A stretch of 64,000 nucleotides of DNA from assembly GCA_964016885.1 (NCBI GenBank), contig OZ024743.1:277698001-277762000 (forward strand). The letters are read 5' to 3'. The notes beneath the pieces were generated by a model. The model had not been told where the DNA came from. It was given only the letters and a program-made list of their open reading frames with translations, and did not search any database. The translations under genes were made by a program, and so were the position numbers. Source of the stretch: Eledone cirrhosa (Eukaryota). This document shows, in pieces, positions 12,201-22,373 of this stretch (position 1 is the stretch's first letter; every line of letters starts with the position of its first letter).

Positions 12201-12657
12201 GGATAAACTCTACAGGCACGGAAGTGCTGTCAGACGAACCTGCCCGAGATGCGCGCAGAGCGACGAAACCGTTCTGCACGCACTCGTCCAGTGTCCGTGC
12301 ATTGCTGACTTGTGGGGTTATGTCGAACAGCTATTGTCGCGTGTAGAACGGATCCGGCTATCGTCCGAGTCCATAGTGAAGATTGACCCGCCGCCTTCTT
12401 TTGGTCAGGAAGGGCAGGCAATTTTCCTCTGCCTGGTGGCAGTAGCGAAAGAGGTTGCATGGTGGACCAGGTTGAAAGGACTGAAGACAGACACTTTTCT
12501 CTTCGGCCAATCCCTCATCAACTTCTTCAAGTTTCACTTGGAAAGGAAGGTGAGGGTGGAGAGAGAAGTGCTGCCCCCCAGTACATTTACTGAAAGGTGG
12601 GTGAATGTGGCGAGAATGGCCCGCGTGAGTGGGCCTACTCTGATCATGCGCCTGTAG
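9238..12657 (+). CDS. Tx1-A ORF2: APE endonuclease + reverse transcriptase + C-terminal CCHC (1139 aa)
   Basis: APE motifs SLNVRGL, ISET, GDWN, SYIDRI and SDH; RT motifs KSPGLDG, FRPITLLN, DQSKAFD, VRQGCPLS and AYADD; C-terminal CPRC...ETVLHALVQC. Confidence 0.96.
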   Translation: MAIRVGSLNVRGLGSPWKQGHLLNDLRSLGMDVIAISETRISDTRALAPIFDDYQIFASVSRPGMGGGVAVLFRKCLDLEVRSIFRDPDGKLVVLDVSNSEGGAFRLVAVYAPTGAGRPDFFRRLENFLLTSRPLLLIGDWNGILEARWDCVGVSDRSGGCKSLKYLISQFQLSDRYRLDFPNAPVWTWTNRIGSSRSYIDRIFIRKRDRNSVGCPHFKTVAYSDHKLVICMVDLDKTRRLGPSYWKLNMSFPARKAYRDRVNNLVKQKLTGGVVNNRWWGALKREIRATSIGFSKEVAIEKNRKEEGLIAKLDEAICSGIATDVLAARMALDHFFNAKHEGCIVRAKARALRNEGTKAARWARFAETQRGNKTTIRSLTDRDGHELSDSKQMCEAFRQHFARLFGRMGESETAADFSPYLDGLPRLSTADAERCEEPITSAEIQDALVGCSSRKSPGLDGLPYELYVNMPDLFSDLLEALYCNWQQNGSIPSSVSRGVVTLIRKDENKRDTLDNFRPITLLNTEFKILAKVLAKRLALVVKDLVGEAQTCAIPTRSIHDNLHLMRYIIERVGCKPGFGGALINLDQSKAFDRVDHWYLEAVLEAAGFGPVFRSWIAAMYSGIRSVVKVNGHLSEPFQISRSVRQGCPLSSLLYVLTLEPLLRKLELLQGIPLEPGRRKAASAYADDITVMVSDTSEIEVIRTHLEEYERLTGAKLNPEKSVGLQLGTWRGKSMPSNSVVGRWTDGPVKLLGVWFGPDLQVDKNWDEVTSRIANLTQKWAERKLSLKGRAEVANAYIASVIYYRLTVVPCPRPRLANLERLLFKFLWRGRVPLVRRSICCQHPLRGGLGMPWLMMRRHALRLRHLQIFCLNGEQVWSPFVRRAFPQLISLTELQSWVKKRPRLGDWHLECCQALTALCKVGNAVSGTSTQDFYRGLVEGKCDDVLGEALGVNEVELTSMFRRTFEPGTMDNFQKSLAWQCYRGALPVRDKLYRHGSAVRRTCPRCAQSDETVLHALVQCPCIADLWGYVEQLLSRVERIRLSSESIVKIDPPPSFGQEGQAIFLCLVAVAKEVAWWTRLKGLKTDTFLFGQSLINFFKFHLERKVRVEREVLPPSTFTERWVNVARMARVSGPTLIMRL

Positions 12658-12936
12658 GCTGGTGAATTCGAGAAGGAGAGGGGTGCCCTTCCCGGGTGCC
12701 CTAGGAGCGTCGGGTGACTCAGGACTGGTGGGGTGCTTGAGTCAACCCTGGGTGGTGATCCCTCTTATTGGGGAACTTTCATTGTTGTATTTTTATTGTT
12801 ATTTTGTTTTTGTTTTTTTGTTATTTATACTTACTCGATCTCTATGTAAACCCCCACTGTCCCTGTCTATTGTGTTGTCCCCTATATGTCGGCCCTTGTG
12901 GCCAATAAATGAAATCATTATTATTATTATTATTAT

Positions 12937-13118
12937 GGTGGATTGGCAGTATTGGTAGAGGGTCGGACGCCATGCTTTCCAGCATAGTTACGTCCCTTTA
13001 TGATCTGAGTTCAAAACCCGCCGAGGTTAACTTTGCCTTTCATCCTTACGGGGGTCGATAAAATAAAGTACCAGTAATGCACTGGGTAATTGCTGGCCTT
13101 GTGCCTAAAGTAGAAACA
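12937..13118 (+). mobile_element. tRNA-derived SINE with (ATT)n tail, internally deleted relative to the copy at 1-218
   Basis: TGGCAGTATTGG A box, GAGTTCAAAACCC B box, same body as 1-218, tail GGCCTTGTGCCTAAAGTAGAAACA(ATT)n. Confidence 0.88.
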
Positions 13119-13163
<45 letters not shown>

Positions 13164-13164
13164 G

Positions 13165-15898
13165 TTCCTTGAATCTCAGTCATTGATGTTAGTTAACTGG
13201 AAAGTCCGTTGGAATGAACATCAAGCCACTACCTGCAGCCTCAGATATTCAGGACGTATCGGAGGGTTCTTGCTGTTCCCAGCAAGCATGCCTTTTGAAG
13301 CGTTCCAAAAAGCGTGAAGGGGCCGATTTTCTTTAACCATCCCTGGAAACTTTTGGAGATAGTCCCCAGTGCGCCTATGACAATCGGGATCACTTTGACT
13401 TCATGGCAGTTCCAAATCCTTTTTAACTCCCACTTTAAGTCCTGGTATCGGTTAATTTTCTCCCTCTCCTTCTCTTGCACTCTCGTGTCGAATGGGCAGG
13501 CCACATCCACAATCAGACACGATCTTTTTTCTTTGTCCACAACCACCAGGTCAGGTCTATTGTGTTCCAGTTTCTTGTCCGTCTGCATCCTAAAATCCCA
13601 CAGCACCTTCACCTGATTGTTCTCCATCACCGCCTCTGGCTTATGCTCATACCATTTCTCAGAATGTGGTAAATTGTTTACTTTGCACAGGTGCCAGTGG
13701 ATCACCCTTCCCATCACATCATGTCTCCAGCTCTTATAGTGGGTCTGGGCTAGGTGTTTACACTCGGATACAATGTGAGCCACAGTCTCCTCTCTCTCTC
13801 CACAGATCCTGCACAGTGGGCTAGCCTCCTCCTTGTAAATATGGTGTTTCAACCACTTCGTTTTGAGGGCCTGCTCCTGCGCAGCCATTAACATTCCTTC
13901 TGTAGCCTTTTTAAGGTCTCCTCTTCTCAACCAGTTCCATGTCTGTGGATCTCTAAATTCAGTTTTCTCCAAGAAGGTACTATGAAGGGATTTTTCCTGA
14001 AGGCTGCTCTTTCTCCTTGATGTTATTTCCTCCTTGGACATCCCCTGGCCTATTGTCCCCTCCTTCAGTACAGTTCTGAGCGTTGGCTCCTTACTATCAG
14101 TCACGTATTTGTGTAGGTTGTTTTTCTCCATCTGAACACAGTCCTCTATGCTGATAAGACCTCTTCCACCCTCAGATCTCCTTAGGTAGAGTCTATCAAC
14201 ATCACTCCTCTTGTGGAACATATTGTAGATAGTCAATAGCTTCCTAGTCTTCCTATCCATTTCTTTTTGTTCAGCAACATTCCATCTCAGAATTCCCGCA
14301 CTGTACCTAATAATAGACACAGCTCGGGAATTTACTGCGCTTATGTCATTTCTGCTGTTCAGATGTGACTTCAATACGCTCCTTACTCTCCGAATGTATT
14401 CAGTTCTTAACAATTCCTTCATTTTTTTGTTCTTTATGCCATCAGCCTCCAGAACGCCCAAATACTTGTATCCTTCCTCAGAGTCAATTTCCTTTATCAT
14501 CTCACCTGTTGGTATCTGGATTCCGTTACTTCTGCTCAACCTACCCCTCCTCATCACAATGACTCCACACTTACTAATACCAAACTGCATACATATATCA
14601 CTGCTGAAAATACGGACAGTGTCAACAAGTACATCCAACTCCTTCTCACTCTTCCCGAAGAGCTTAAGATCGTCCATGAAGAGGAGGTGATTGATGGTAA
14701 GCCCTCCCTTTCCCAACCCGTATCCTGCTCTCACTTTTCGCAGTACACTGGTCAGGGGCATCAGGGCAAGGACAAACAACAGAGGGGACAGGCTATCTCC
14801 CTGGAAGATACCTCTCTTGATCTTCACGCTTCCCAAGGATTCTCCAGTTGATGTCAACTCTGTTTCCCAGGACCTCATACTCTTGCCCAGCAACTGTCTG
14901 ATGTTATCTGCCACCTTCAAGATCTCCAGGCTTTTGGTGATCCAAGAATGAGGCACCATGTCAAATGCCTTTCTGTAGTCTATCCATCCCATGGCAAGAT
15001 CAGTGTGTCTCCTCCTGCAATTCCCCATTACCATCTTATCAATAAGTAACTGGTCCATTGAACCACGTGACTTCTTTCGGCATCCTTTCTGTTCGTCCGG
15101 TAACAAGTTGTTTGTGTGGAGGTGATGGTAGATTCCCTCAGACACAATGCTCGTCAACAGTTTCTACATTACGGACAGACATGTGATAGGTCTATAGTTG
15201 GTAACATCATTACCCTTGATTCGGTCTTTCATTATCAGAACTGTGGTACCTTTTGTCAACCACTCTGGTACCTCACCTGACATCAAGCAGTCATTGAACA
15301 TGGTTGTCAGTTTCGGGTGGAGGGATGTTATATTTTTAATCCAATACCCCTGCAAACCATCTGGGCCTGGTGATTTCCAGTTGGTTAGTTTTTTGGCCTG
15401 CCCCTTAAGAGTTTCAACTGTGATACTCAAATGCGTTTGTTGGTGTGCCTGCTCACCGATCTCCCTCTGTACTGTCTCAATCCACCCTGCCTGGTCATTA
15501 TGTCTAACATCCTGCTCCCATATTCCTCTCCAGAATGTTTTAGTTTGTTCCGCCTCAGGGATCAAGTCGTTGCCTCTTTCTTTCCCCTCAAGCTGTCCAA
15601 ACAGCATCTTCTGGTTGTTGTCGAATATGCGGTTCTGTTTATACTGACTGACTCTGTTCTCGTATCGCCTGATTTTTGCACTCTTTGCTACAATGCGTTG
15701 CTTCAATTCCTCTATGATAATATTTAGCTTTTTCCTCCTAGTTTTGTACTTTATTTCCAGTCTATTTTTAGTGCCTATGTTTTTTAGTGTCCCATTCAGT
15801 AGTGACTCAAGCTTTCCAATGTCATTTCTCATTTCCCTGATTTGACCACTCAGTCGTTTCTTCCACCAAGGCTCTGCTCTTTCTTGTCTGTTGTTTCC

Positions 15899-15899
<1 letters not shown>
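13165..15899 (-). mobile_element. 5'-truncated R4/Dong-like RLE non-LTR retrotransposon (copy 1)
   Basis: Minus-strand RT plus RLE domain; the 3' end runs into (AAT)n on its sense strand and the 5' end is truncated at (ATT)n near 15900. Confidence 0.92.
13241..15899 (-). pseudogene. Dong-like RT-RLE ORF, truncated, with an in-frame TAG at 15164-15166
   Basis: KSPGPDG, YRPITCL, DYRKAFD, GIFQGDSLSP and LFMDD; CRIC..ETVAHIVSEC, RHD, RPDLVV..DVACPFD and EKINRY. The TAG corresponds to TGG (MWK) in copy 2. Confidence 0.9.
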
Positions 15900-15930
<31 letters not shown>

Positions 15931-16144
15931 GAATGCCATGGTTGACGGAGGCTCGGCTCTGTAAGGTATAGTAATTTTTAACCGTTAAAACAATTGTAAA
16001 TTGTTTAAAACTTGAACCAAATTGTTGATAAAGACACCCTCCTCCTCGTGAGAGGGGTCTTTCTGTCCGTTATTTGGCCCTTCGGGGCTAAATAACCAGT
16101 TATTGGGGTTTTGAACCCAATATTCATTTTAAACAAAAAACAAC

Positions 16145-18241
16145 ATGGCTACGAAAAAGAAATTTCATACGTCACTCCCACTCATTCCGTCTTCTTCTTC
16201 CTCAATCATCACTACAGCAGAGAGAAGATTGTCTCTCTCCCTCCCTTCTTTAAATGTGTCTCTCTCCCTCCCTTCTCTTTCGCAAGTGACGAAAGAAAAG
16301 AAAAGTCTCGTGTAAAGCGTGCAAAGTTTTTCCACGACGACGACGACAGCGACGAAACAGGTGTGCGGGAAATACGAAAACCCAGTTCATTCGTCTGACG
16401 TCAGGAATAATAGCAGTAGCAGCCGTAATAACAACAGCAACAGTGACAATGAAAACAACAGTAGCAGCCGCAACAGCATCACCAGCAGCATAAACAACAA
16501 CAGCATTAGCAGCAGCAACACCAACAACAACCACAGCAACAGCGGCGGAGGCAGTAGTCGTAGTACCTGCAGCAACAACAAAAGTACCAGCAGCTCTGAC
16601 GACAACAACAACAGCAGAGACAAACCAATCTCATTTGCAGGTATTGCGAAAAACTTGGAAACAATCCTCATAACAAATGAGGAATTAGAGGAAGCGAAGA
16701 AGATGGTGACAAAGAACGGACACCGAGCAATCTGCAAGGCAGCGAAAAATTTTTTCGAAACCCAAGAGCACTGTACGGTCACGTACCGTACAGTAAGTAC
16801 AAAATCCCGTAGGGTGGAAAGAGCCACAGAGGCCCAAATACAAAAAGCCTTGGGGTCTGTGTGGCAGAGGAAAACGCACATCACCCGAGGCAAAAAATAC
16901 GCCACCGTAGACGTACTTTTTGCCACACCCCAGGAGGCAAAGGCCCAATCAGTAGTGACCCTAAGGAGCGAGGAAATGGTGTTGGTGCCCTCCTACTGCG
17001 GGCAAAAAATTGTGAGGGTGAAACTGACCCACGTCCCCCCCGGAATGACCCCTTCTTGGCTGGCCGCGTCTGTCCTCGTCGGAATCGAGGACAAAACAAC
17101 TGTACTGCAAGTACAGAAAAAAGTAAGAGAAGATTGGGTCGGCTCCTCCATTGAGATGCTAATCCAAACCAACCAGGAGTGCATCGAAGCTATCCCGGAT
17201 GTGATAGACTTCGATAACGGCACTCAACTGCCCATAAGTGTTGAGGGCAAACGCCCGAAATGCTTTCGCTGTGGATCGAAGACTCACCTCAGGGCCTTCT
17301 GCAACGAGAAGACCCTGAGAAAGGAGAAAACCCCCCTCCTTCCGAATCCGGCTCCACGGCTACCAGCAACAGGACAAGCGGCAACCAGGAACGATAGGTC
17401 CGTGGCACCCATACCCACTCCACGGAAATCAAAGACAGCAGCAGCAGTGGAAATATTAACAACAACAACAGCAATACCAAATGCAGCTGCAACAGAGACT
17501 CCAGTGCAAACATCACCAACAACAACAAGTGAAAGAGTGGAGCTGGTACCCCTCCCCGACCTTACAGAATCAGACATGGAGTGTGAGGTGGGAGAGGGAT
17601 GGCAAAAGGTCGCAAGAAGGCACAAACGCAGAAGCAGCGCATCGTCGCCTTTGAAAAGGGAGGAAAGAAATGAGAAAAGGGTAAAGTCTACTGCAAAGAG
17701 ACCCACAGCAGCAACACCACCAACACCATCACCACCCACACCAGCACCACCATCACCACCGGCGACAACCCCACCGCCAACAACACCTTCAACACCACCA
17801 CCACAAGCACCAACATCGCAAACACAACAACAAAACACACACACCCAGCAACAACGACAAGAAAATAGCAGAACCACACCCCACCCCCAGAAAAACAAAT
17901 GCACGGCAATAAACACACACAACAAGAAACTAATGACTTACATAATTGAACACACAGACATTTCACAACAGGACTACATAATACCAGCACCAATCAAAAC
18001 GCCAACTAACATAAGACTGCTAAAAATAGCACAGAAACAATACACAAACATTGAAACGAAATTCCCCAACGCAGTTGGTGATTTCAGGGACCTAGGAGGA
18101 ACCATCAATCGAAGAGTATATTCAGACATTCTCTTAGAAGAGCCGACGACCAGCCGAAGGGACGATTCAACGGTCCCTTCACCAGACGATCAAGTGAAAA
18201 GGGATGTAAAAACCATCCCTCCTCTACCAAAAGTACGGTAA
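16145..18241 (+). pseudogene. Tx1-B1 ORF1 with premature TAA at 16313-16315
   Basis: The ATG at 16145 matches the copy-2 start; CAA in copy 2 is TAA here. CCHC knuckle CFRCGSKTHLRAFC. Confidence 0.85.
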
Positions 18242-18277
18242 GTGGTCTTTCCCATCTTTCTCCACTCTATTTTAAAC

Positions 18278-21200
18278 ATGACCTCACTCAGAATAGGCAG
18301 CATAAATGCGCGTGGCTTGGGGTCGTCATGGAAGCAGGGTCACCTGCTCAACGACCTCAGGTCACTAAACATAGATGTAGTGGCCATCAGCGAGACCAGA
18401 ATCTCCGAAGCACGGGCCTTCGCACCGATCTTCGGCGGCTACGATGTGTACGCATCTCCCAGCCGTCCTGGATCGGGTGGAGGAGTTGCTGTGCTTTTTC
18501 GGAGAGGTTTGGATCTCGCCATACGGGCCATCTTCCTGGACCCAGAGGGTAAGCTGGTGGTGCTGGACGTGACCAGCGGAGACGGGCAAGCTTTCAGGCT
18601 AGTGGCCATCTATGCCCCGACAGGAGCAGGGCGGCCTGATTTCTTCCGGCGTCTGGAGACCTTTCTTGGAACGTCCCGCTCTTTAGTGTTAGTGGGCGAC
18701 TGGAACGGGATCTTAGATGCACGCTGGGACTGTGTGGGATTAGCGGATAGGGGTGGAGGGTGCAAGAGCCTCACCAACCTGCTCAGGCGTTTTGAACTGT
18801 CTGACAGGTACCGATTGGATTTCCCGAATGTGCCAATGTGGACTTGGACAAACCGCATAGGGTCATCCAGATCATATCTAGATAGAGTATTTTGTAGGGA
18901 AATAGATAGGTCTAGCATAGGCTGTCCACAATTCAAGATAGTCAGCTACACGGACCACAAATTCGTGACCTGTGTGCTTGACTTAGATAGGCTTCATAGA
19001 CAAGGACCCGGCTACTGGAAGCTAAACGCGTCCTTACCAGCGCGCAAGGCCTACAGAGACCTGATTAGCGAACTAGTTAAGCGGGCGTTGACGGGGGCCA
19101 TCGTCAACAACAAGTGGTGGTTTGCTCTGAAAAGAGCGATTAGAATAGAATCGATTAGGTTTAGTAAGGCTTTAGCAATAGAGAAAAATAGAGCAGAGGG
19201 AGAACTAGTTAGAAAATTAGACGAGGCGCTTAGCAAAGGCATTGCGACCGACGTGCTTGCGGCGAAATTGGCCCTTGACCAATTCTTCAATGCAAAGCAC
19301 GAAGGCTGCGTTGTCAGAGCTAGGGTGCGTGCTCTCAGACACGAGGGGACGAAAGCCGTTCAATGGGCCCGAGTGGCGGAGGCGCGTCGTGGCAACAAAG
19401 CCACGATCCGGTCTTTGGTGGACCACGACGGGCGCATGCTACTCGATCCCGGGCAAATGTGTGAAGCTTTTCAGCGACACTTCGCTCAGCTGTTCGGGGG
19501 CAGCGGGGGGCCGGGTAGAGGGATGGACTTTAGTGTCTACCTCGACGGACTGCCGCGGCTCTCGGCCACTGAGGCGAAGTGTTGCGAAAAGCCGATAACA
19601 GCCGCTGAAGTAAGGGAGGCAATGACTGGCTGCACAAGGGGTAAATCGCCTGGTTTGGATGGTCTGCCCTATGAACTTTACGTACAGATGCCAGACTTGT
19701 TCGGAGGCCTCTTAGCGGACGTCTACTGCAACTGGCAACAGAACGGGAGAATTCCCAGTTCTGTGAGCCGAGGAGCGGTGGCACTGCTGAGAAAGGATCC
19801 GAACAAGGGGGATAACATAGACAATTTCCGGCCCATAACTCTGCTAAACACAGAGTTTAAGATTTTGGCCAAGGTGCTAGCAAAGAGGTTGGCGCTTGTC
19901 GTTGGTGGTCTGGTGGGAGAGGCGCAGACATGCGCCATTCCCGACAGATCCATCCACGACAACCTCCACCTCATGCGATACATCGTAGAGAGGGTAGCTA
20001 GGGAACCTGGCACGGGTGGGTCCTTGATCAATTTAGATCAGTCGAAAGCTTTCGATAGGGTCGACCATCGTTACCTAGCGGCAGTCCTGAGGGCGGCTGG
20101 CTTTGGGCCCGTCTTCAGAGGCTGGATCGCTGCCATGCACAGCGACATCTGCTCTGTGGTGAGAGTGAACGGTCACCTGTCGGAACCGTTCAACATCATG
20201 CGCTCGGTCCGCCAAGGATGTCCCCTCTCGTCCCTCTTGTACGTATTGACTCTCGAGCCATTACTGCACAAACTGGAGACGTTGAGGGGAGTCCCGCGCG
20301 AACTAGGATGCGGAAGATCCGTGTCAGCATATGCGGACGATGTCACCGTAGTGGTGTCGAACGCCAAACACATCGAGGCGATCGGCACTACACTAAGAGA
20401 ATACGAAGCGGTGACAGGAGCAATGATCAACCAGGAAAAGTCAGTGGGCCTGCAGCTCGGCACCTGGAATGGCAGGTCCATGCCGTCCAACAGCGTCGTC
20501 GGGCGCTGGACGGACGGACCGGTTAAATTGCTAGGGGTCTGGTTCGGTCCGGACCTCCAGACGGACAAAAACTGGGACGAGGTGACGAGCAGGGTGGCTT
20601 CTCTCACCCAGAAATGGGCGGAGAGGAAGCTATCCCTGAAAGGTCGAGCGGAGGTGGCTAACGCGTACATTGCGTCTGTCATCTGCTACCGCCTAACCGT
20701 CGTACCTTGTCCTAAGCCTCGCCTGACTGCGCTGGAGCGTTTGCTCTTTCGCTTTTTGTGGAAGGGACGTGCTCCGATGGTCAGGCGGTCCATCTGTTGT
20801 CAACACCCGCTACGTGGAGGGCTGGGCATGCCGTGGCTGATGATGCGCAGGCACGCGCTCAGGCTACGACATCTCCACCTCTTCCTCGACGGTGATCAGG
20901 TGTGGTCGCCGTTTGCTAGACGCGTTTTTCCCCAGCTCGTTTCCTTGACGGAGCTGCAGTCCTGGGTCAAGCGAAGACCGAGAGGGAGCGCCTGGAGACT
21001 GGAATGTCTTCAGGCGCTCACAGCCCTCGACCAATCGGGCAATGTGATCGGTGGAAACTCCACCTCGGCGTTCTATAGAGGATTAGTGGAGGGGAAGAGC
21101 GACGACGTACTTGGGGAAACTCTAGGCGTCGACGAAAATCAACTAGCCAATCTCTTCGGAAGAACTTTCGGGCCAGGGCCTATGGACAACTTCCAGAAAT

Positions 21201-21697
21201 CTCTGGCCTGGCAGTGCTACCGAGGAGCCTTGCCAGTTCGGGATAAACTCTACAGGCATGGAGGTGCCGTCAGCCGGGCATGTCCGAGATGAGCGCAGGG
21301 CGACGAAACCGTCCTGCACGCACTCGTCCAGTGTCCGAAAATTGCTGACTTGTGGGTTTATGTCGAACACCTGCTGTCGCGTTTAGGACGGATCCAGCTA
21401 TCATCTGAGTCTATCGTGAGGATTGCCCCGCCCTCCTCCTTTAGCCGGGAAGGGCAGGCAGTTTTTATCTGTCTGGTGGCCATGGCGAAAGAGATAGTAT
21501 GGTGGACACGTTTGAAAGGGCTGAAGACGAGCACTTACCTCTTCGGTGATGCTCTGATTGACTTTTTCAAATTTCATTTGAAAAGGAAAATCAGAGTAGA
21601 GAGGGAAGTGCTCTCTTCCCAGCATTTTGTTGAAAGATGGGTGAGAGAAGCAAGAATGGCCCGAGTGAATGGGCCGACTCTGAGTATATATCTGTAA
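18278..21697 (+). pseudogene. Tx1-B1 ORF2 (APE-RT-CCHC) with premature TGA at 21290-21292
   Basis: Same motifs as the other ORF2s; the second Cys of CPRC (TGC in copy 2) is TGA here. Confidence 0.9.
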
Positions 21698-21956
21698 ACT
21701 AAAGGTGGAAAACTGGGAGAGGGCACTTGCCTTGGTGGTCAGGGTCTTTGTGGCTTTTTACTGGGCTTTCTCCACAAATGTCCCTCCGAAGTCTCCCCCC
21801 TATTGGGGAATTTTTCATTGTTATTTTCATTGTTATTTTTGTTACATCCTCTGTTTTTGTTTTTTACACGCAGAAATGCCCATTTGTACCGTCCTGCATT
21901 GTCCTGCACTGTCCTTAATGTCTACTTTATGTAAACCCTTGTGGTTAATAAAGAAA

Positions 21957-22003
<47 letters not shown>

Positions 22004-22010
22004 GTTGTTA

Positions 22011-22342
22011 TTCCTTGAATCTCAGTCATTGATGTTGGTTAACTGGAAAGTCCGTTGGATTGAATATCAAGCCACTACCTGCAGCCTCAGATATTCAGGA
22101 CGTATCGGAGGGTTCTTGCTGTTCCAAGCAAGCATGCCTTTTGAAGCGTTCCAAAAAGCGTGAATGTGCCGATTTTCTTTAACCATCCCTGGAAACTTTT
22201 GGAGATAGTCCCCAGTGCGCCTATGACAATCGGGATCAGTTTGACTTCATTGCAGTTCCAAATCCTTTTCCCCTCCCACTTTAGGTCCTGGTATCGGTTA
22301 ATTTTCTCCCTCTCCTTCTCTTGCACTCTCGTGTCGAACGGG
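22011..22342 (-). mobile_element. Short 3' fragment of a Dong-like element
   Basis: PFDTRVQEKEREKINRY...YVLNI* plus the 3'UTR, flanked by (ATT)n. Confidence 0.92.
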
Positions 22343-22373
22343 ATTATTATTATTATTATTATTGTTGTTGTTA

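Larger units (their letters stand above)
7087..12916 (+). mobile_element. Full-length Tx1/L1-clade non-LTR retrotransposon, family A (both ORFs intact)
   Basis: 5'UTR, ORF1, ORF2 and a 3'UTR ending AATAAATGAAATC; (ATT)n on both sides. Confidence 0.93.
15931..21958 (+). mobile_element. Full-length Tx1-like family B element, copy 1 (nonsense mutations in both ORFs)
   Basis: Starts GAATGCCATGG after (ATT)n and ends AATAAAGAAATC(ATT)n; near-identical to 26212-32240. Confidence 0.93.

Noticed and set aside
15944-16096. HDV-like ribozyme in the Tx1-B 5'UTR (TCCTCGT L3-like motif)
   Set aside because: P3 and P1.1 pairing and the HDV order could not be built; simple hairpins explain the sequence.
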